IMG/VR virus record: IMGVR_UViG_2565956624_000015
Direction: 5' to 3' (one strand)
DNA length: 4,155 nt
Origin: a virus
Lineage: Duplodnaviria; Heunggongvirae; Uroviricota; Caudoviricetes
Each line of letters starts with the position of its first letter. Position 1 is the first letter of the stretch. The notes under the pieces were generated by a model. That model saw only the letters and a list, made by a program, of their open reading frames with translations, did no database searches and was not told where the DNA came from. The position numbers and the translations under genes were made by a program. Shown piece after piece: positions 1 through 4,155 of this stretch.

Positions 1-31
<31 letters not shown>

Positions 32-51
32 GTTTACGCCGCATCCGGCAA
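32..51 (-). repeat. REP-like (repetitive extragenic palindromic) remnant downstream of ybhC
   Basis: Minus-strand reading TTGCCGGATGCGGCGTAAAC matches the conserved half of E. coli REP units. Only one half-palindrome is present, so this is a partial copy. Confidence 0.4.
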
Positions 52-65
52 ATAGTTAATAGCTC

Positions 66-1349
66 TTACTTCTTCGCCTCTGCAACCACTTTGCTACCCA
101 CGCCGCGGTTATTGTATTCCCACATGCGGTTGTAGTTAGTGTCATTCAGATTGCGTTGTATTTCGTCGTTATCATCAACGCTGCCGGTGTTACCCGCAAA
201 CGGACGATTAGAGATCACCGCATCAGCCCAGGGTTTGGCTGTGTTAAAACCTTCGTTGATGGCGCTATCACGGATCACCACCTGACCGTTGGTATTGGCA
301 TCAACATCCAGCGAGCGACCCAGTTGCGCCACGCCATCACCGGAAGCATTGAAACGGCTGTTTACGGCGAGGAAACCGTAATAGATGTTAGACAGCGTAG
401 CCGGTGCAAACACATACGCTTCTTGCTGAGTACGTGAGTTCACCACGCGGAATTCGGTGTTATCGAACACCACTGCGCCGCGACCAGAAACGATATCCAC
501 ATCCCCTTCAATGTAACTGTTGGTCACCAGAGTACGCGGCTGACGGTTGGTTTCCAGACGGTTTTGCACACCACTGTTGGTGACAAAGAAGGTATTCTGA
601 CGACCGAGAATGTTGACGTTATTGATCTGCACTTTGTCACCATCAGTACGCAGTGCCACCGCCGGATGGTTACCCGCATCTACGCTATCGCCCAGCGTGT
701 TTTCGATGGTCAGATTTTGCAGTTGCAGGCCATTGTTTTGTGACCAGAAGACCGCAGAGCAGAGAACACCGATACTGTCGCTGCGTTTGCTCTGGCAGCT
801 ATCGTACATATACCACGCTGGTTTACCTGGCATATATTTGCCGCGCGGGTTGACGTCGTGACGCCAGTCGGCAGGGCTCATGCCCCCATCAAGGGAAAGC
901 CCAATCTTCACATCAATCGGTTTTTCACCTGTACCGTACAGAGTAATTCCACCCGGAGCGGCAGGGACATACACCGTTCCCTGATACTCACCAGGCATCA
1001 CGGCAATATACTGGCGCTTGTTGGTGCGCTTGATAATTGCCGCATCTACCGCCGCCTGAATCGTGGTATGCGTTACACCTTGAGTACCCGCCGGGCCGAC
1101 AACAAAGTCAGGTTGCGCAGGCAGGGTAATCGGGGAAGGATTCCACGCTGCCGCACCTGGTGTCAGGGATGCAAAATAGTGTTGAGCATCGAAATTCTGC
1201 GCTTCTTTTGCCGACAGAATCGGGCGAGAAGAGGTACCAGGCGCGGTTTGATCAGAAGGACGTTGATCGGGCGGTGTTGAGCTACAGGCGGTCAGCGTCA
1301 CGCCAAAAGCCAATGCCAGCGCCAGACGGGAAACTGAAAATGTGTTCAC
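66..1349 (-). CDS. ybhC: Outer-membrane lipoprotein YbhC (pectin-methylesterase-like esterase family), the host gene flanking att-lambda on the gal side
   Basis: 427-aa ORF from the track. N-terminus MNTFSVSRLALALAFGVTLTAC is a lipoprotein signal peptide with lipobox L-T-A-C. GTG start at 1347-1349 with GGAG 5 nt upstream on the minus strand. Length, sequence and position next to attB match what I recall for E. coli YbhC. Confidence 0.85.
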   Translation of the reverse strand: MNTFSVSRLALALAFGVTLTACSSTPPDQRPSDQTAPGTSSRPILSAKEAQNFDAQHYFASLTPGAAAWNPSPITLPAQPDFVVGPAGTQGVTHTTIQAAVDAAIIKRTNKRQYIAVMPGEYQGTVYVPAAPGGITLYGTGEKPIDVKIGLSLDGGMSPADWRHDVNPRGKYMPGKPAWYMYDSCQSKRSDSIGVLCSAVFWSQNNGLQLQNLTIENTLGDSVDAGNHPAVALRTDGDKVQINNVNILGRQNTFFVTNSGVQNRLETNRQPRTLVTNSYIEGDVDIVSGRGAVVFDNTEFRVVNSRTQQEAYVFAPATLSNIYYGFLAVNSRFNASGDGVAQLGRSLDVDANTNGQVVIRDSAINEGFNTAKPWADAVISNRPFAGNTGSVDDNDEIQRNLNDTNYNRMWEYNNRGVGSKVVAEAKK

Positions 1350-1380
1350 AGGTTGCTCCGGGCTATGAAATAGAAAAATG

Positions 1381-1487
1381 AATCCGTTGAAGCCTGCTTT
1401 TTTATACTAAGTTGGCATTATAAAAAAGCATTGCTTATCAATTTGTTGCAACGAACAGGTCACTATCAGTCAAAATAAAATCATTAT
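1381..1487. other. attL: Lambda attL (B-O-P'): host arm, 15-bp core 1396-1410, phage P' arm
   Basis: CCGTTGAAGCCTGC (host B arm as in E. coli attB), then core GCTTTTTTATACTAA, then GTTGGCATTATAAAAAAGCATTGCTTATCAATTTGTTGCAACGAACAGGTCACTATCAGTCAAAATAAAATCATTAT, which is the P' arm of lambda attP. The sequence right of the core is phage (GTTGGCATT...), not the host continuation CTTGAGCG. Confidence 0.92.
1435..1487. promoter_or_regulatory. P' arm protein-binding sites: IHF H' site (about 1435-1448) and Int arm-type sites P'1-P'3 (about 1457-1487)
   Basis: TATCAATTTGTTG fits the IHF consensus WATCAAnnnnTTR. AGGTCACTAT, CAGTCAAAAT and AAATCATTAT fit the Int arm-type consensus (C/A)AGTCACTAT. Site boundaries are approximate. 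Confidence 0.65.
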
Positions 1488-2554
1488 TTGATTTCAATTT
1501 TGTCCCACTCCCTGCCTCTGTCATCACGATACTGTGATGCCATGGTGTCCGACTTATGCCCGAGAAGATGTTGAGCAAACTTATCGCTTATCTGCTTCTC
1601 ATAGAGTCTTGCAGACAAACTGCGCAACTCGTGAAAGGTAGGCGGATCCCCTTCGAAGGAAAGACCTGATGCTTTTCGTGCGCGCATAAAATACCTTGAT
1701 ACTGTGCCGGATGAAAGCGGTTCACGACGAGTAGATGCAATTATGGTTTCTCCGCCAAGAATCTCTTTGCATTTATCAAGTGTTTCCTTCATTGATATCC
1801 CGAGAGCATCAACATGCAATGTTGTTGGGATGGCAATTTTTACGCCTGTTTTGCTTTGCTCGACATAAAGATATCCATCTACGATATCAGACCACTTCAT
1901 TTCGCATAAATCACCAACTCGCTGCCCGGTAACAACAGCCAGTTCCATTGCAAGTCTGAGCCAACATGGTGATGATTCTGCTGCTTGATAAATTTTCAGG
2001 TATTCGTCAGCCGTAAGTCTTGATCTCCTTACCTCTGATTTTGCTGCGCGAGTGGCAGCGACAGGGTTTGTTGTTATATGGCCTTCAGCTATTGCCTCTC
2101 GGAATGCATCGCTCAGTGTTGATCTGATTAACTTGGCTGACGCAGCCTTGCCCTCGTCTATGTATCCATTGAGCATTGCCGCAATTTCTTTTGTGGTGAT
2201 GTCTTCAAGTGGAGCATCAGGCAGACCCCTCCTTATTGCTTTAATTTTGCTCATGTAATTTATGAGTGTCTTCTGCTTGATTCCTCTGCTGGCGAGGATT
2301 TTTTCGTAGCGATCAAGCCATGAATGTAACGTAACAGAATTATCACTGTTGATTCTCGCTGTCAGAGGCTTGTGTTTGTGTCCTGAAAATAACTCAATGT
2401 TGGCCTGTATAGCTTCAGTGATTGCTATCCTCCTGTCTCTGCCTAATCCGAACTCTTTACCCGTCCTTGGGTCCCTGTAGCAGTAATATCCATTGTTTCT
2501 TAAATAAAGGTTAGGGGGTAAATCCCGGCGCTCATGACTTCGCCTTCTTCCCAT
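1484..2554 (-). CDS. int: Lambda integrase (tyrosine site-specific recombinase)
   Basis: 356-aa ORF MGRRRSHERRDLPPNLY...HLLGHKSDTMASQYRDDRGREWDKIEIK, recognised as lambda Int (tyrosine-recombinase H-x-x-R...Y catalytic region near the C-terminus). Stop codon lies inside the P' arm, as in lambda. Confidence 0.97.
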   Translation of the reverse strand: MGRRRSHERRDLPPNLYLRNNGYYCYRDPRTGKEFGLGRDRRIAITEAIQANIELFSGHKHKPLTARINSDNSVTLHSWLDRYEKILASRGIKQKTLINYMSKIKAIRRGLPDAPLEDITTKEIAAMLNGYIDEGKAASAKLIRSTLSDAFREAIAEGHITTNPVAATRAAKSEVRRSRLTADEYLKIYQAAESSPCWLRLAMELAVVTGQRVGDLCEMKWSDIVDGYLYVEQSKTGVKIAIPTTLHVDALGISMKETLDKCKEILGGETIIASTRREPLSSGTVSRYFMRARKASGLSFEGDPPTFHELRSLSARLYEKQISDKFAQHLLGHKSDTMASQYRDDRGREWDKIEIK

Positions 2555-2750
2555 TTCTGATCCTCTTCAAAAGGCTACCTGTTACTGGTCGATTTAAGTC
2601 AACCTTTACCGCTGATTCGTGGAACAGATACTCTCTTCCATCCTTAACCGGAGGAGGGAATATCCTGCATTCGCGCACCCATCGACGAACTGTTTCAAGG
2701 CTTCTTGGGCGTCGCTGGCGAGCGTTCCACTCCTGAAGAGTCAAGTACAT
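2532..2750 (-). CDS. xis: Lambda excisionase
   Basis: 72-aa ORF MYLTLQEWNARQRRPRSLETVRRWVRECRIFPPPVKDGREYLFHESAVKVDLNRPVTGSLLKRIRNGKKAKS, recognised as lambda Xis. The 3' end overlaps the int start by 23 nt (2532-2554), as in lambda. Confidence 0.95.
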   Translation of the reverse strand: MYLTLQEWNARQRRPRSLETVRRWVRECRIFPPPVKDGREYLFHESAVKVDLNRPVTGSLLKRIRNGKKAKS

Positions 2751-2776
2751 CGCAAAGTCTCCGCAATTACACGCAA
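2730..2776 (-). promoter_or_regulatory. pI promoter region with cII-binding direct repeats TTGC-N6-TTGC (2763-2776) just upstream of the xis ATG
   Basis: Minus strand reads TTGCGTGTAATTGCGGAGACTTTGCGATGTACTTGAC. TTGCgtgtaaTTGC is the cII recognition motif flanking the -35 of pI. The -10 and transcript start then fall inside xis, so the pI transcript encodes Int without Xis (established lambda biology). I did not assign exact -10 coordinates. Confidence 0.7.
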
Positions 2777-2777
2777 G

Positions 2778-2800
2778 AAAAAACCGCCATCAGGCGGTTT
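2778..2800 (-). terminator. Putative intrinsic terminator between the 55-aa ORF and the pI/xis region
   Basis: Minus strand AAACCGCC-TGAT-GGCGGTTT is an 8-bp stem with a 4-nt loop, followed by TTTCTT. The TGA stop of the 55-aa ORF sits in the loop. Confidence 0.5.
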
Positions 2801-2957
2801 GGTGTTCTTTCAGTTCTTCAATTCGAATATTGGTTACGTCTGCATGTGCTATCTGCGCCCATATCATCCAGTGGTTATAGCAGTCGTTGATGTCCTCGGC
2901 TTCGATAACTCTGTTGAATGGTTCTCCATTCCATTCACCTGTGACTCGGAAGTGCAT
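2790..2957 (-). CDS. Small hypothetical protein, 55 aa (matches my recollection of lambda 'ORF-55' between xis and ea8.5)
   Basis: Hand translation of the minus strand: ATG at 2955-2957, TGA at 2790-2792, giving MHFRVTGEWNGEPFNRVIEAEDINDCYNHWMIWAQIAHADVTNIRIEELKEHQTA. GGAG lies 7 nt upstream of the ATG. Not in the supplied ORF track, probably because it is below the length cutoff. Confidence 0.6.
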   Translation of the reverse strand: MHFRVTGEWNGEPFNRVIEAEDINDCYNHWMIWAQIAHADVTNIRIEELKEHQTA

Positions 2958-3014
2958 TTATCATCTCCATAAAACAAAACCCGCCGTAGCGAGTTCAGAT
3001 AAAAGAAATCCGCA

Positions 3015-3467
3015 TTAAGCGGCGTCGGTGAATTCAAATAAAAAACCGGCTTGCGCCGGCTCTCTCATCTTTCTGTCTACCCATGCTGATATCGATGGCG
3101 GATGCACCTTTTCAATAGCAGCGCGAAGTACAGCTGTACGTGCCAGTTTGTCGGTAATCTCAGGAAATCGCTTCTCTGTCTTCGGTACGTTAACAGCAAC
3201 ATTAGTAGAATCCGCACTGGCGAACGGATACATACCAAGAACTCTCACGTCGAGCATTCGAAGACCATGAATTTTCACTTTCAAATTACGATTGATATAA
3301 ATCTCAGTAAAAACTTCATCCATTCTCTGTTCCCACCATTTAGAGCGTATGTGCCTGTGTGGGCCGCAGCATCCAATCGCCACCCATTCAAATTTTCCAG
3401 AAAGGCGTAAAAGACGTTCAATTGATTCGTCGTATGCCAGACCGGAACCGCTTTTGATTTTAGCCAA
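3015..3467 (-). CDS. Hypothetical protein (ORF B), no family recognised; possibly the out-of-frame C-terminal part of a frameshifted gene, or a shorter gene starting at the internal ATG 3321-3323
   Basis: 150-aa track ORF that begins at a TTG directly after an in-frame TGA. The first ATG in frame is at 3321-3323 (102 aa) with GGTGGG 8 nt upstream. It overlaps ORF A by 187 nt in the -1 frame. Confidence 0.4.
   Translation of the reverse strand: MAKIKSGSGLAYDESIERLLRLSGKFEWVAIGCCGPHRHIRSKWWEQRMDEVFTEIYINRNLKVKIHGLRMLDVRVLGMYPFASADSTNVAVNVPKTEKRFPEITDKLARTAVLRAAIEKVHPPSISAWVDRKMREPAQAGFLFEFTDAA
3036..3059 (-). terminator. Putative intrinsic terminator hairpin embedded in the 3' end of ORF 3015-3467
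   Basis: Minus strand CCGGC-GCAA-GCCGG (5-bp GC stem, 4-nt loop) followed by TTTTTTATTT. It lies within the last ~15 codons (…REPAQAGFLFEFTDAA) of the 150-aa ORF. Confidence 0.45.
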
Positions 3468-3814
3468 TCAGGAACCAACTCAATCTGCTCGTCGTTTTCT
3501 GCCTCTGTCCCTTCGATAACGTCAGGTATAAGAAACCATTCAATTCTGCTGAACCACTTCCCAACAAAGTCGTAGAATTTTGCTCGTCTCTTACTCCAGT
3601 CTACCGGAGTGCCTTTCTTTAATGCTTTCATCCAGTCGCTAAAAGCGCCGTTATCAAGGCGTATATCACAAGGGAACATGGCAATCTTTTTCATCTGCTC
3701 TGGTCTGGCAAATGAAACAAAAGCCCCACTATCACGGTAAAGGGCTTTAATAAGCATATCTGTAGGGGCATGCTCATCACCCCATATTGGGCTGCCGTGA
3801 AAGTGGATGGTCAT
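3281..3814 (-). CDS. Hypothetical protein (ORF A), 177 aa, no family recognised; accessory (moron-like) gene
   Basis: ATG at 3812-3814 with GGGGA 5 nt upstream. N-terminus MTIHFHGSPIWGDEHAPTD; no signal peptide or obvious transmembrane segment. The last ~60 codons overlap ORF B in another frame. Confidence 0.55.
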   Translation of the reverse strand: MTIHFHGSPIWGDEHAPTDMLIKALYRDSGAFVSFARPEQMKKIAMFPCDIRLDNGAFSDWMKALKKGTPVDWSKRRAKFYDFVGKWFSRIEWFLIPDVIEGTEAENDEQIELVPDWLKSKAVPVWHTTNQLNVFYAFLENLNGWRLDAAAHTGTYALNGGNREWMKFLLRFISIVI

Positions 3815-3872
3815 ATTATCCCCATATAAAAGAAATACCCGCGAGTGCGAGGATTGTTATGTAATATTTGGT

Positions 3873-3997
3873 TTAATCATCTATATGTTTTGTACAGAGA
3901 GGGCAAGTATCGTTTCCACCGTACTCGTGATAATAATTTTGCACGGTATCAGTCATTTCTCGCACATTGCAGAATGGGGATTTGTCTTCATTAGACT
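3873..3997 (-). pseudogene. ea8.5: 3' remnant of lambda ea8.5, truncated by IS1 insertion
   Basis: Minus-strand frame ending at TAA 3873-3875 encodes ...SNEDKSPFCNVREMTDTVQNYYHEYGGNDTCPLCTKHIDD, which matches the C-terminal ~40 residues of lambda Ea8.5 as I recall it. The match stops exactly where IS1-like sequence begins (3998). No start codon is in frame, and the frame hits TGA at 4086-4088 inside IS1. Confidence 0.65.
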
Positions 3998-4155
3998 GGT
4001 AATGGTGCCAACTTACTGATTTAGTGTATGATGGTGTTTTTGAGGTGCTCCCGTGGCTTCCATCTCCATCAGTTGTCCCTCCTGCTCAGCTACTGAAGGC
4101 GTGGTGCGTAACGGTAAAAGTACTGCCGGACATCAGCGCTATCTCTGCTCTCACT
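3998..4155 (+). mobile_element. IS1 insertion sequence, left end (left inverted repeat about 3998-4020); element continues beyond the window
   Basis: GGTAATGGTGCCAACTTACTGATTTAGTGTATGATGGTGTTTTTGAGGTGCTCC... closely matches the IS1 left terminal repeat and leader as I recall them (IS1A: GGTGATGCTGCCAACTTACTGATTTAGTGTATGATGGTGTTTTTGAGGTGCTCCAGTGGCTTC...). Several substitutions indicate a divergent IS1 isoform. Confidence 0.85.
4053..4155 (+). CDS. insA: IS1 InsA (transposition regulator / N-terminal part of the InsAB' transposase), 5' partial
   Basis: GTG at 4053, then [33 protein letters not shown], which matches the InsA N-terminus ([37 protein letters not shown] as I recall it), including the CxxC zinc-finger motif. 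Confidence 0.8.
   Translation, partial: MASISISCPSCSATEGVVRNGKSTAGHQRYLCSH

Larger units (their letters stand above)
1396..4155. mobile_element. Left end of an integrated lambda/lambda-like prophage (attL through the ea8.5 region); continues beyond the window
   Basis: attL junction followed by int, xis, a 55-aa ORF and an ea8.5 remnant in lambda order and orientation. GGATCC at 1644-1649 coincides with the lambda BamHI site I recall at 27972 when int is aligned to its reference coordinates. Confidence 0.9.

Noticed and set aside
156-1381. Plus-strand ORFs 156-437, 610-861, 653-853, 858-1280 and 1160-1381 inside ybhC
   Set aside because: All are antisense to, and fully contained in, the well-supported ybhC ORF. 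They have no convincing start or RBS context and their products are low-complexity, Arg/Cys-rich. These are shadow ORFs.
1735-2258. Plus-strand ORFs 1735-1932 and 2052-2258 inside int
   Set aside because: Antisense shadow ORFs within lambda int; not known lambda genes.
2619-2972. Plus-strand ORFs 2619-2972 and 2705-2890 spanning xis, the pI region and the 55-aa ORF
   Set aside because: They are antisense to xis and the 55-aa ORF and run across the terminator and promoter elements. The pL-operon orientation and recognisable gene products are all on the minus strand.
3028-3410. Plus-strand ORFs 3028-3270 and 3102-3410 opposite ORF A/ORF B
   Set aside because: No RBS, and they lie antisense to the better-supported minus-strand ORFs. 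I cannot exclude them completely because the region is uncharacterised, but nothing supports them.
3281-3467. Programmed -1 ribosomal frameshift joining ORF A to ORF B
   Set aside because: I found no canonical X-XXY-YYZ slippery heptamer in the overlap and no obvious downstream stimulatory structure. An indel pseudogene or two separate genes is more parsimonious.
3281-3814. Possible tRNA-guanine-transglycosylase/DpdA-like identity for ORF A, from the short motif D-N-G-A-F resembling the TGT D-S-G-G-F segment
   Set aside because: A single 5-residue resemblance with no supporting flanking similarity or zinc-site motif is too weak to call. It is left as a hypothesis to test by HHpred or structure prediction only.
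2958-3872. Reading the whole phage part of the window as collinear wild-type lambda, with 3015-3814 being ea8.5/ea22
   Set aside because: ORF sizes (150 and 177 aa) and positions do not fit ea8.5 (93 aa) or ea22 (182 aa). The recognisable Ea8.5 C-terminus lies further right, at 3873-3997. GAATTC at 3030 conflicts with the lambda EcoRI map as I recall it.
3807-4019. Plus-strand ORF 3807-4019 (70 aa)
   Set aside because: It spans the ORF A start, the ea8.5 remnant (antisense) and the IS1 terminal repeat, crossing a mobile-element boundary. It is an artefact of the junction.

Overview
This window is the left host-prophage junction of a lambda or lambda-like prophage integrated at the E. coli lambda attachment site. 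Reading left to right: a REP-like remnant, host lipoprotein gene ybhC (minus strand, 66-1349), and attL with its 15-bp core GCTTTTTTATACTAA at 1396-1410 (host arm to the left, phage P' arm with IHF and Int arm-type sites to the right). Then follow, all on the minus strand, int (1484-2554), xis (2532-2750, 23-nt overlap with int), the cII-dependent pI promoter region, a hairpin terminator and a 55-aa ORF (2790-2957) not in the supplied ORF track. Beyond that lies about 0.8 kb carrying two overlapping, out-of-frame ORFs (3015-3467 and 3281-3814) that I cannot assign to any family. From my recollection of the lambda reference map this segment is not expected between the 55-aa ORF and ea8.5, so it is the best candidate for an undescribed accessory function. 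Finally, only the 3' part of ea8.5 remains (3873-3997), truncated by an IS1 insertion whose left end (3998 onward, insA from 4053) runs off the window. All identifications are from reading the sequence and from memory; no database search was run.
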